A DNA stretch of 64,000 nt. Origin: a virus. The notes under the pieces were generated by a model that did not search any database, was not told where the DNA came from, and saw nothing but the letters and a program-made list of their open reading frames with translations. The stretch spans positions 1 to 64,000 of the IMG/VR virus record IMGVR_UViG_3300044981_000152. The stretch is one strand, 5' to 3'. This document shows, piece by piece, positions 18,434-27,198 of the stretch (position 1 is its first letter; each line of letters opens with the position of its first letter). Position numbers and translations under genes: made by a program.

Positions 18434-18858
18434 TGGTCAAGCGCGTCACCTGGCGTTCCTGGGCGGCAACCGCCGTTATCGCCGCCGCCTGGCTGGTCTT
18501 CGGGATGTTCTACAGCAACGCCGGCGGCAGCTTCGAGGAGTGGGTCTTCAAGGTCGGGACGCTCGGCGGGACGTTCGTGCCGCTGATCCTGGTCGGCGCC
18601 TACCTGGCCAGCGGGAACCGGGGGACCGCCAACGACGTCGGGGCCGGGATGATCCGCTGCGCCCTGGGCATCGTGATCATCTGCGCGCCGCTCGCCTACG
18701 CCTCCTGGGCCGACGGCGGCGCGATCACCCCGTCGGTGTGGGGGTGGATCGAGGTGTCCGGCCCGGCGGCGGTGTCGCTGTGGCTGCTGCAGCTGGCCTT
18801 GTCGATCTCGCGGACCCTGCGGCACGGCCGGGGCGGGAACGGCGGCGATAAGCCGTGA
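18433..18858 (+). CDS. Putative holin (about 4 TM helices)
   Basis: Four hydrophobic segments and a basic C-terminus, upstream of the endolysin. Confidence 0.6.
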   Translation: MVKRVTWRSWAATAVIAAAWLVFGMFYSNAGGSFEEWVFKVGTLGGTFVPLILVGAYLASGNRGTANDVGAGMIRCALGIVIICAPLAYASWADGGAITPSVWGWIEVSGPAAVSLWLLQLALSISRTLRHGRGGNGGDKP

Positions 18859-19118
18859 CTAGCACCGCCCGCGCCGGCTGGCAGTGCCCGGAGTGCAAAA
18901 CGGTCTACAGCCCGGACGTGACCGAGTGCCGCTGCGCCACCGCAAGGCAGGCCGCTCCTTCGTGGCCGCAGAACCTGACGTGGCCGGCCGTCATCCCCGG
19001 CGGTGCTCCGCATAGCACGTCAGCACCGTGCACCTGCCCTTCAGCATGGGGTGGCCTCTACCCTCCGCCAGCATGCCCGGCCCACGGGCAGACGGAGATG
19101 CTGCAGGTGAGGTGCTGA
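18855..19118 (+). CDS. Small Cys-rich protein
   Basis: GWQCPECK..YSP....C.C motif and a GTGA overlap. Confidence 0.6.
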   Translation: MTSTARAGWQCPECKTVYSPDVTECRCATARQAAPSWPQNLTWPAVIPGGAPHSTSAPCTCPSAWGGLYPPPACPAHGQTEMLQVRC

Positions 19119-19505
19119 ATGCAGCAGCACACCGTCCAGCAGATCCAGAAGGGCCGCAATGAGGGCAAGTACGTCTACACGGGCGGCAACCGGCGAATCG
19201 GCCGGTACATCGAATGCTGCGACGGCGGCTGGGAAGACGAGGGTGTAGGCCACGCCACAGCGGATGAGGCGTACCGGTGTATGCGCGTGCGCCTGCTGGA
19301 GAAGGTGCGCCTTGACCGCAAGCTAGGCGACTGGTCCGGCTGCCGGGCACCATCGACGGACGGAACGCGCTGCGATGTCCCGACGAAGGACGCCGCCGAG
19401 ATCCCGCCGATGCACTTCCTCGAGCCGCTCTGCGACACGCACCGGACGTTCGATGTTGTCCAGGAGATGTGGGGCGGTCCCGGCGACTGGTCGGGATCGT
19501 GGTGA
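19119..19505 (+). CDS. Hypothetical Cys/His protein
   Basis: GAGGTG RBS. Abuts the previous gene. Confidence 0.65.
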   Translation: MQQHTVQQIQKGRNEGKYVYTGGNRRIGRYIECCDGGWEDEGVGHATADEAYRCMRVRLLEKVRLDRKLGDWSGCRAPSTDGTRCDVPTKDAAEIPPMHFLEPLCDTHRTFDVVQEMWGGPGDWSGSW

Positions 19506-19651
19506 TCCCGTGCTTCCTTTCGCCGCCATCCTTGCCCTGACCTGCGCCCTGGCCCTCGACCTCGCCGGGAACGGGCCGAGTACCCCGTTTCGCTGCTGCC
19601 GGGCTCGTGCTCCTGTTCCTCGCCGCGGTTCTTCCCTCTAGGAGGCGCACG

Positions 19652-20032
19652 GTGAGCCGACTGCGCTGGATGGCGCTGCCCGCGGCAGCGGTGGCCGTCA
19701 TCGCCTGCGCCTTGTGGTGGGCCCGGATCCGTAACGAGTTCTTCGTCATTCTCGGCAGCCGCAACGAGGCCGGGGGCTGGTACGGGTTCCACTCGGGTGC
19801 GGGCGGGGCCGCCTGGATGGGCGTGATACCCGCGTTGGCGCTGTTCTACTGGCATGGCACCTGTCATGACAGCCCGTGGTGCCTGCGGTGGGGCAAGTAC
19901 CCGGCCGCAGGCGGCGTCTTCAAGCTGTGCCGGCATCACCACCCGGACCTGCGGGGCATCCGGCCGCACCGGGACCTGATCCACCGGATGCACCGCGAGC
20001 ACCAGGAACGGCTGGCGGGCAGGCCCTCGTGA
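19652..20032 (+). CDS. Two-TM membrane protein with a Cys/His-rich C-terminus
   Basis: GGAGG RBS at 19641, two hydrophobic stretches, CH...CLRWG...CRHHH. Confidence 0.7.
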   Translation: MSRLRWMALPAAAVAVIACALWWARIRNEFFVILGSRNEAGGWYGFHSGAGGAAWMGVIPALALFYWHGTCHDSPWCLRWGKYPAAGGVFKLCRHHHPDLRGIRPHRDLIHRMHREHQERLAGRPS

Positions 20033-20373
20033 CCCACCGCCGCCGCGCCCTGGCCATCATTATTGCCGCTGTCGTGCTCGACGTTGCGCTCGGCGTGGCC
20101 TTCGCAGCCGCCGAGCGCGTGAGTGTCGCGGACGGCCTGTACTGGGCCACGACAACGGCAACGACAGTGGGCTACGGGGATATCACTCCGCACGGCTGGC
20201 TGCCGCACCTAGTCGCGATCGGCGTGATGATCACGGTAATCCCCTTGTTCGCCAGCGCTTTTTCCTTGCTCACAAGCGGCCTCACCAGCACCCACGTGGC
20301 AGCGAGTGAGAAACGGATGAAGGCTCACCTTGAGCGGCGGCTGCGGGAGCACCTCGGAAAGGGGGCGGGATGA
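20029..20373 (+). CDS. Minimal 2-TM potassium channel (KcsA/Kcv-type pore)
   Basis: TM1, pore helix DGLYWATTTAT, filter TVGYGD, TM2. 114 aa, with GTGA and ATGA overlaps to both neighbours. Confidence 0.9.
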   Translation: MTHRRRALAIIIAAVVLDVALGVAFAAAERVSVADGLYWATTTATTVGYGDITPHGWLPHLVAIGVMITVIPLFASAFSLLTSGLTSTHVAASEKRMKAHLERRLREHLGKGAG

Positions 20374-21176
20374 CCGCGAGCGCGCAGGGAATCGACGTCA
20401 GCGACTTCCAGGGACAGTACGGCTGGAGCGCGGCGAAGAAGGCTATCCCGGACCTTGCCTTCGGCGTCTACCGGCTCACGCAGGGCCTCGGTGCCAGCGG
20501 GACGGCATCTCCGGACCCGGATGCAGCATGGAACCACGCCCAGATCGCCGCGCAGGGACTGCACCGGGGGGCGTACCACTTCCTTGACCCGCACCTGCCC
20601 GGCGAGGTGCAGGCGCAGTACTTCGCCGGTGAGCACGCGAAGCTCGGCACGACGGCCGCGGACATGTTCTGGCTCGACAACGAGACGGCCGGCGAGTCCC
20701 CGGCCGCCGTGGCAGCCTGCGCGACCGCGTTCATGACCGAGCTGGGCAAGCTGGTCCCGCACAACCCCCGCGGGGTCTACACGTTCATCGACTTCGCCCG
20801 GCAGGGGAACTGCGCCGGACTGGAGGGCTACCCGCTGTGGCTCGCTTACCCGGCCGCTGACGCGCCTTCCTCGCCGCCGCCGTGGCACCGCTGGACGTTC
20901 TGGCAGTGGGGCACCAGGAACGGCACCGACACGGACGCTTTCAACGGCACCGTCTCGCAGCTTGACGACTGGATCGCGTCCTACCAGCCGAAGACGGGGC
21001 CGTACCGTCATACCGCGCCCGGCAACCGGACGCTCGGTCAGATCGCAGCGAGCAGGGGCACGACACCGCAGCACATCGCCGAAGTGACGATGGGGGCGCT
21101 CTCAAATGCGGACATCGTGACCATCTCGGGGCTGGCGCTGCCTGCCGGTTTCCCGTTTTATACGACCAATCCGTGA
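20370..21176 (+). CDS. Endolysin, GH25 muramidase with LysM-like C-terminus
   Basis: GIDVSDFQG, GAYHF, WLDNE (DxE), LWLA, FWQW and D.DAFNG motifs. C-terminal TLGQIAA..GTT. Confidence 0.9.
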   Translation: MTASAQGIDVSDFQGQYGWSAAKKAIPDLAFGVYRLTQGLGASGTASPDPDAAWNHAQIAAQGLHRGAYHFLDPHLPGEVQAQYFAGEHAKLGTTAADMFWLDNETAGESPAAVAACATAFMTELGKLVPHNPRGVYTFIDFARQGNCAGLEGYPLWLAYPAADAPSSPPPWHRWTFWQWGTRNGTDTDAFNGTVSQLDDWIASYQPKTGPYRHTAPGNRTLGQIAASRGTTPQHIAEVTMGALSNADIVTISGLALPAGFPFYTTNP

Positions 21177-21583
21177 TCCAGCAGCCACCCTTTGACGGCC
21201 TGGGTCATTTCCGCTTCGGGCCAGGACCCGTCCGGCCGGGTGATCCCCGCCAGCCTGCCGGCCAGTTCCCCGGCGAGGCGTTCCCGGCACTCGTGGATCG
21301 CCTCGCTGATCACCTTCGCCACGCCGGCGGGGATGACGAGCACCTCCCCGTGCCAGCCGTCCGCCGGGTCGTCGGCCCAGAAGCCGGCCACGTCAAGGCC
21401 GTAGTGCCTGCTCGCCGAGACGTGCCCGCGCCACACGGCCAGCCCGGATGCCGTGGCGGCCTCCGCGAGCTGCCGTGCTGTCTTCAGGTTCCGCTCCGCG
21501 GCCAGCCTTTCGGCTTCCAGTTTCCGCTCGACCCGCTCACGCACGGCGTCGGCAGCGGCCCAGTCGACCTCGATCTCGCTCAT
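21158..21583 (-). CDS. Hypothetical protein, antisense
   Basis: CATGCT-6nt-ATG start and a protein-like sequence. Confidence 0.65.
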   Translation of the reverse strand: MSEIEVDWAAADAVRERVERKLEAERLAAERNLKTARQLAEAATASGLAVWRGHVSASRHYGLDVAGFWADDPADGWHGEVLVIPAGVAKVISEAIHECRERLAGELAGRLAGITRPDGSWPEAEMTQAVKGWLLDHGLVV

Positions 21584-21876
21584 CCCGTAAGCATGGCACG
21601 CGGGCCGGGCAGCCCCGCATCCTCCGGCCATGGCCCCTGCGGGCCGGGGTAGCCGTCCGGGTAGTAGGCGCACACGATCCACGGGCCGTCCGGGGCGATC
21701 CGGTACCGGGCCGCGCAAGCGTCCCAGATCTCCATACCCGGCGCAGGCGCCCAGTAGATCGCATGGCCCAACGGCGACAGGAAGCTGACCAGCACGGTCC
21801 CGTTCAGCCGCACTAGCTGGTACTCGACAATCGCCGCCGGGTCCGGCTGCGCTCCGCGCACCTCTAGCTCGCTCAC
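21580..21876 (-). CDS. Hypothetical protein, paralog of 26120-26422
   Basis: VEYQLVRL.G..LVSF...EIW..CAAR.RI.PDGPW.V.AYYP.G.PGP.G.WPE is shared with 26120-26422. Confidence 0.85.
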   Translation of the reverse strand: MSELEVRGAQPDPAAIVEYQLVRLNGTVLVSFLSPLGHAIYWAPAPGMEIWDACAARYRIAPDGPWIVCAYYPDGYPGPQGPWPEDAGLPGPRAMLTG

Positions 21877-21880
21877 GGGG

Positions 21881-22099
21881 TCACCGCCGCTCATACCGGG
21901 CGGTGAACGACGCGAGGATCTCGTACTTGTCCGGGGTCACGCTCTTGTCCAGCCGCCGCGAGCAGCCGACGCCCGGGTAGCGGCTGTCGTACCAGTAGTC
22001 GTCATCGAAGCTGCGGACCAGGACAGCGCGATGTTCCCAGTCGACGGCAATCGTGCCTGGTGCCCAGCGGCGGGGCTCGGGCGGCCTGCTGCTGCTCAT
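21881..22099 (-). CDS. Hypothetical protein, antisense
   Basis: CAGAAT-6nt-ATG leaderless-type start. Confidence 0.6.
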   Translation of the reverse strand: MSSSRPPEPRRWAPGTIAVDWEHRAVLVRSFDDDYWYDSRYPGVGCSRRLDKSVTPDKYEILASFTARYERR

Positions 22100-22123
22100 C
22101 CGCCCATTCTGCACGTTCCCCTG

Positions 22124-22154
22124 AGCCCCCTGCCGCCCGGTATGGGGCTTTTCT
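22124..22154 (+). terminator. Putative intrinsic terminator
   Basis: AGCCCC...GGGGCT followed by TTTCT. Confidence 0.45.
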
Positions 22155-22173
22155 CATGCCGGGAGGCAAGCAG

Positions 22174-22572
22174 GTGTCCAAATTGCTCTGGTCGCAAGGA
22201 AGCCTGACCGTTACATCAGTGACGGATCTGGTGAGTTCTTTGTACGTCGAAACCATTTACGGGGTGCAAGACTTCACCATTCACCTCAACCCGACCTCGG
22301 GGAATCTCCTGCTGGGAGCACACGCCGTCCTGAGTAGTTCGGCAACTGGTTACATCCTGCCGCCTGGCGTGGATGGGGGCTACGAAGGCGCAGGTAGTTG
22401 GGGCGCCTGGACGGTCTCAGAGGGGTCCAGTTTTTCCCTCGAATTCTCACAGCCCAACACCAGCGGCGAGAACTGGATGCTGTTCGGCGGTGATTCCGAC
22501 TACAACTCGATGCTCTCCGTAGCCCCCGCCTCGGACAGCGCCACCTTCAATTACATGCTGTTCCTCGGCTGA
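22174..22572 (+). CDS. Beta-rich hypothetical protein (lower GC)
   Basis: GGAGG RBS and GTG start. Ser/Gly/aromatic-rich. Confidence 0.6.
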   Translation: MSKLLWSQGSLTVTSVTDLVSSLYVETIYGVQDFTIHLNPTSGNLLLGAHAVLSSSATGYILPPGVDGGYEGAGSWGAWTVSEGSSFSLEFSQPNTSGENWMLFGGDSDYNSMLSVAPASDSATFNYMLFLG

Positions 22573-22591
22573 CGAGAAAGGGAGTTAGGAA

Positions 22592-23080
22592 ATGGCAATC
22601 TCCGACATCTACACTTTTAGGTCGGGCTCAGTCTCCATCGCGGCGACGAGCGCCACGGCGGTCATGTCCGTAGTGCCGGCCGGCACCACCGTCCGCGGCT
22701 GGGTGGTCGGCGTCCGCGTCGACATCGGCGTCACCGCCGCAGCGGCCGGGAACTCGATGCTGTTCCAGCTCGCCCGGCCCGGCAACACCATGACCGGCAC
22801 CAGCCTCGCCGTCGGCGACCCGCACGACTACTCCGCCCCCGCATCGATCATGGAGTCCTGCACCACCTGGTCGACCGCGCCGACCGTCGGCACGATCTTG
22901 TGGGAGCAGGAACTGCCGCAGACCACCGGCTCAGCCTGGGAGGAATTTCCGCCCCTCGGTTACGAATGGGGCATTCCGGCGATTGCCAACGGCAGCGCGA
23001 ATGCCGGGGTGCATTTGTTCGTGACGGCGAGCGTCGCCACGAGCACCCCGGTGTTCGTTGACTTGATCGTCAGCGAGTAA
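22592..23080 (+). CDS. Small beta-rich virion protein (paralog of 11751-12242)
   Basis: 162 aa with shared motif spacing and a C-terminal Glu. Confidence 0.8.
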   Translation: MAISDIYTFRSGSVSIAATSATAVMSVVPAGTTVRGWVVGVRVDIGVTAAAAGNSMLFQLARPGNTMTGTSLAVGDPHDYSAPASIMESCTTWSTAPTVGTILWEQELPQTTGSAWEEFPPLGYEWGIPAIANGSANAGVHLFVTASVATSTPVFVDLIVSE

Positions 23081-23180
23081 CCCCGTCATTCCGGGAGGCC
23101 CTGGTTGCGGTGCGGGCCGGGGCCGCCCGGAGCGGGAGGAGTAATCCCGCCCCCCTGCCCTCGGGAGGGGGTGAGCCCTC

Positions 23181-24029
23181 GTGTCCTTCACCGTCAAGGT
23201 CACCCTGTCCGGCACAGGTGCCACGAACGACGACCTGACATTGCAGGTCAAGGTACTGACCGGCGCGACCGAAGCAAGCGGGACCAGCGCCGCGAGCCGC
23301 GGCGCGGCCACCGCGCAGGCCAGCATCACGCCGAACTTCTCGCACTCGCTGCCCGTCTTCGCGATCGAAGACGACACCTCCAGTACCGCGTTCACCGCCG
23401 CCGCCAGTAACACGTTCTACAACAACATCACCAACTCTGCTAACGGCGCGTGCGGCGCGGACGGGTACTACTCGGGCACCGTAACCTCCGGTACCCCGGT
23501 CACAGTCGGGTCGTCAGCGCCGACCGGGCAGACCACCGCGTGGGCGGTCTACGAGGTGCCCCCGTCGGGCGGCAGCACGCCCGCGGTGGACGGGTCATCT
23601 CCTGCTGTCGTCAGCGTGCAGGGCAGCGGCGCGCTCACCGGGACGACAGCCGCGTTCACGCCGCCTGCGGGCAGCGTGCTCGTGGCGCTAGTCTCCGCGG
23701 ACGCCAACACCAGCAGCGGCGCCCTCGGCATCGCCATCACCGACACGTCCGGCCTGGGGCTGACCTGGACCGCCAGGGCGAACTCGAACACGACGACCGC
23801 GGCGCCCGCGGCGGCGGTCTTCACCGCCACGATGCCGGGCGCGGGTGTTTCGGGCAAGGCCCAGCCCCGCGCCACGGTCCCGGTCCCGCGGCGGCGGGCC
23901 CCGCGGGTCACGTGGTCTGCGGAGGCCGGGCTGCTGAACGCTCACGGCCCGTCCGGCCTGGTCCCGTCGCTGATGACCAACCGGACTGAGGTGACCGGCA
24001 GGAGCACGGGCCGGATCATCCGCCGCTGA
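23181..24029 (+). CDS. Ser/Thr-rich beta-domain structural protein ending in one QPRATVPVPRR repeat
   Basis: Composition resembles the N-terminus of 12289-16617. Its C-terminal motif matches the repeats of the next gene. Confidence 0.75.
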   Translation: MSFTVKVTLSGTGATNDDLTLQVKVLTGATEASGTSAASRGAATAQASITPNFSHSLPVFAIEDDTSSTAFTAAASNTFYNNITNSANGACGADGYYSGTVTSGTPVTVGSSAPTGQTTAWAVYEVPPSGGSTPAVDGSSPAVVSVQGSGALTGTTAAFTPPAGSVLVALVSADANTSSGALGIAITDTSGLGLTWTARANSNTTTAAPAAAVFTATMPGAGVSGKAQPRATVPVPRRRAPRVTWSAEAGLLNAHGPSGLVPSLMTNRTEVTGRSTGRIIRR

Positions 24030-24094
24030 CCTGGCCTCCCGCGACTACGAGAAGGGGACGCCGCCTGTTTTCGCCGGAGACGCGGAGGTAGCAG

Positions 24095-25777
24095 GTGGCC
24101 GTCAACGGTACCGTCCAGCCCCGCGCGTCAGTCCCGGTCCCGCGTCGAGCCTCTGCGCGGGCAGTGTGGGCGGGTGGCGCAGGCCAGCCGGCCGCGCGGC
24201 CGGTCCCGTCCGGGTGGTTCATCGTCCGCCGCCAGCCTTCCGGCGCGGTCTTCGGTGGTCTGGCCGTCTTCCCGCCCGTCGCAACGGGGACGGTCCAGCC
24301 CCGCCCGACGGTCCCGGTCCCGCGGCGTACGACCGCGCGGGCCGTGTGGCAGCACGTCACCGGCTCTGCGGCGGCTGTCGTCTCCGGGCCGGCCGGGTCG
24401 GTTCAGCCCCGCGCCACAGTGCCGTTGCCGCGCCGGGCCCCCGCGCGGGCCTGGTGGCAGCAGGCCGCCGGCCCCGGCAACGCCCACGGCCCGTCAGGAT
24501 CGGTTCAGCCGAGGGCGGCCGTCCCGGTCCCGAGGCGTGCCACAGCACGGGCCTGGTGGCAGCAGGTCCAGGGCCCGGCCAACGCGCACGGCGGTAACGG
24601 ATCGGTCCAGCCGCGCGCCGCCGTCCCGGTCCCGAGGCGCGCTGCGGCGCGTGTCACCTGGCATGGCGGCCCGGTCCCCGGCATCACCCCGCAGCCGGTC
24701 ACAGGCGGCCTCGTCAAGCGCCGGGCCCCGGCACGGGGCACCTGGCAGGGCCCCGCCGCCGTCACCACCACGAACGCGCACGGCCCGGCCGGCACCGTCC
24801 AGCCGAAGGCCACCGTCCCCGAACCCCGCCGCACCACGGCGCGGGTCCTGTGGGAGTACGGTCTCGGCCCCGCGAACGCTCACGGGCCGTCAGGATCAGG
24901 CCAGCCTCGCGCCACGATCCCGGTCCCGCGCCGTTACCCGGCCAGGGCCTTCTGGCACGGCACGGCCGTCAGGACCGCGAACGCGGTCCCGGTCGTCCCC
25001 GGCACGATCCAGCCGCGCGCCACGGTCCCCGAGCCCCGCCGGTACCCGGCCCGGACGGTGTGGCGGGGTCCTGCCGCTGTTACCACGTCCAACGCCCCGC
25101 CCGTCGCCGCAGCCGCGCCTCCGGCTCGCCCCGTCATCTCCCGCCGGGTCCCCGGGCGCGGCCTATGGCGCGGCACCGCCGCACCAGGCCAGTACAGTTC
25201 CCCGGCCACCGGCGGCCGGGTCACCCGGCGCGCTCCCGCACGGGCCGTCACCCGCGGCAACCCGGCGCCGTTCCCGCCGCCGAACGGCACAGTCCAGCCT
25301 GAACCCACCGCTGCGGCCCGCCGCCACCAGGCCGCGCGGGTCATCTGGCGCGGCCAGGCCGTCCCCGGCCAGCAGGCCCGGCCCGCTACAGGCGGCCTCG
25401 TCAAGCGCCGCACCACGGCGCGCGGCCAGTGGCACGGGGGCGCCGGCGCCCCGCCGCCAGCAGGCACGCCGGGCACGCCAGCGACCGGCGGCCGGGTCAT
25501 CACCCGCCGCCCGCCCAGCCGCGGCCAGTGGGCCGGCACCGTCACCCGCACCGCCAACGCGCCGCCCGTCGCCGTCCCGCCGCCCAGGCCGAGGACCGGG
25601 CTGCCGCGCCGGTACCCGGCCCGCGGCCAGTGGCGGTCCGCCGCCGGGCAGGTCCGGCCGCCGGTCGTGTACACCGCCACCGGCGCCCGGCAGCTCTGGG
25701 CGGCCACCGGAGCACGGCAAGCCTGGACCGCCGGCACGGCACGGCAGGCCTGGACCGCCGGCACCGCCCGCAACTGA
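24095..25777 (+). CDS. Pro/Arg-rich repeat protein (about 15 RRxxARxxW units)
   Basis: GGAGG RBS. Eight copies of QP(R/K)xx(V/I)PxPRR..AR..W, four TGG.V..RR..xR variants and further degenerate units. C-terminal ARQ.W(T/A) repeats. Confidence 0.85.
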   Translation: MAVNGTVQPRASVPVPRRASARAVWAGGAGQPAARPVPSGWFIVRRQPSGAVFGGLAVFPPVATGTVQPRPTVPVPRRTTARAVWQHVTGSAAAVVSGPAGSVQPRATVPLPRRAPARAWWQQAAGPGNAHGPSGSVQPRAAVPVPRRATARAWWQQVQGPANAHGGNGSVQPRAAVPVPRRAAARVTWHGGPVPGITPQPVTGGLVKRRAPARGTWQGPAAVTTTNAHGPAGTVQPKATVPEPRRTTARVLWEYGLGPANAHGPSGSGQPRATIPVPRRYPARAFWHGTAVRTANAVPVVPGTIQPRATVPEPRRYPARTVWRGPAAVTTSNAPPVAAAAPPARPVISRRVPGRGLWRGTAAPGQYSSPATGGRVTRRAPARAVTRGNPAPFPPPNGTVQPEPTAAARRHQAARVIWRGQAVPGQQARPATGGLVKRRTTARGQWHGGAGAPPPAGTPGTPATGGRVITRRPPSRGQWAGTVTRTANAPPVAVPPPRPRTGLPRRYPARGQWRSAAGQVRPPVVYTATGARQLWAATGARQAWTAGTARQAWTAGTARN

Positions 25778-25793
25778 CCCGGAAGGTGGCGCG

Positions 25794-26123
25794 GTGATCA
25801 CGCTGACCCAGCTGGCTCAGAGCACCGAGCCGATCCAGTTCTCCGTCCAGGCCACCCAGAACGGGGTGCCGTACAACTTCAGCGCCGACCCCGTTTATGT
25901 CTCGTTCGTCCCCGAGGGGGCGCCCCCGCCCGACCCCCAGGCGGGCCAGTGGAATACGGCATCCGTCGAGACCGACCCCGGACCGGTCTATTGGATCACG
26001 ATCCTGGTCGGCCCGCTCAACGGCGGCGTCCCGCTCGCCATCGGCACGTATATCGCGTACTGGAAAGTCACTGACAACCCGGCTGTTCCCGTCAAGGCAG
26101 CCGCCTACGTGATCATCTCTTAG
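25794..26123 (+). CDS. Small Ig-like (BppU-N-like) structural adaptor
   Basis: LVGP.NGG..L..GTY..YWKVTDNP.VPV pattern, common in actinophage structural regions. Confidence 0.6.
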   Translation: MITLTQLAQSTEPIQFSVQATQNGVPYNFSADPVYVSFVPEGAPPPDPQAGQWNTASVETDPGPVYWITILVGPLNGGVPLAIGTYIAYWKVTDNPAVPVKAAAYVIIS

Positions 26124-26422
26124 GCGGCTGGCAGCATCCTGGCCGGCCTGGGAAGCCCCGTCTCCGGCCACTCGCCGCGCGGGCCGGGGAAGCCCTCAGG
26201 GTAGTACGCGCCGACGAACCACGGCCCATCCGGCGGGATCCGGCAGCGCGCCGCGCACGGACCCCAGATCTCGAAGCCGGGATCCGGAAGCCATGCCAGC
26301 GCGATGTCCAGGGTCGAGTGGAAGCTGACCAGGATGGCGCCGTCGAGACGGACCATCTGGTACTCGACCACCGCCCCGGCGCGCGGGGGCCGCTGCACGG
26401 CCTCGATCCCGGTCTCGCTCAC
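26120..26422 (-). CDS. Hypothetical protein, paralog of 21580-21876
   Basis: TAGTGT-7nt-GTG start and clear paralogy. Confidence 0.85.
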   Translation of the reverse strand: MSETGIEAVQRPPRAGAVVEYQMVRLDGAILVSFHSTLDIALAWLPDPGFEIWGPCAARCRIPPDGPWFVGAYYPEGFPGPRGEWPETGLPRPARMLPAA

Positions 26423-26452
26423 CCGCTCAACACTAACCGGAAGGAACCCGCT

Positions 26453-26788
26453 ATGTCCGAAACCCCCCCGGCCCCCGCGCCCGCACCGCCCGCAGCCCCG
26501 GCTGCCCAGCCGCCGCATGAGGGGCTGCTCGAGCGGTTTGCCGACCACCTGCCCGGCCACGGCGCCGGCATCACCCCGCCAGCCGCCCAGCCGGGCCCGA
26601 TCCCGCCCGCGCTCCGCTCCGACATCAAGCTCCACGCCGCCGACGTGTTCGACGTCGCCGACCTGGTCCTGCAGGTCACCGAGGCCGTAGACCCGTCAGT
26701 AGCCGGCGTGGACGAGCTGGTGACCAAGACGCTGGCGCTGGCCAGGAACGCCGCCAGGATCGCCGGGCAGGTCCACGCGACGGCGTAG
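26453..26788 (+). CDS. Hypothetical protein
   Basis: AAGGA RBS. Followed by a strong hairpin. Confidence 0.65.
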   Translation: MSETPPAPAPAPPAAPAAQPPHEGLLERFADHLPGHGAGITPPAAQPGPIPPALRSDIKLHAADVFDVADLVLQVTEAVDPSVAGVDELVTKTLALARNAARIAGQVHATA

Positions 26789-26804
26789 CAGCAGCGACGA
26801 GACG

Positions 26805-26851
26805 AGCCCCCGGCTCGCTGGTCCTTCGGGACTGGCGGGCCGGGGGCTGTT
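26805..26851 (+). terminator. Long hairpin with a C(UUCG)G loop at the end of the late operon
   Basis: AGCCCCCGGCTCGCTGGTCC-TTCG-GGACTGGCGGGCCGGGGGCT. Confidence 0.7.
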
Positions 26852-27103
26852 CTGCGTTTCCGGGCGGTCACCGGCGGGTATCACCGGGTCACGAGTCCCC
26901 AGTGCCGGGTGCTGCGCGCAGGCAGCCCCGGCATCGCGCTGATGAGGATAGGCGCGCAGTCAACACCCCCTAGCCTCCCCGGCCGCCCTGGGTCAACCTC
27001 TGCAGTACCTTGGCAAATCCGGAAACCACCCGCCAGGACGGCCGGGCGAGGGAAACGAGGCGCGGACTGGCTAGCTTTCCCTTCGGTGCGATCTTGAAAC
27101 GCC

Positions 27104-27141
27104 AACCGCCGCCCGTCCTGCTAGGACGGGCGGCGGTTTTC
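27104..27141. terminator. Intrinsic (possibly bidirectional) terminator
   Basis: AACCGCCGCCCGTCCT-GCT-AGGACGGGCGGCGGTT-TT, between convergent regions. Confidence 0.75.
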
Positions 27142-27198
27142 TCGTGTCTGACGGTCACCGGGGAAGCGGGAGGTCTCCCCGGTGCCGCGTCACGGCGG

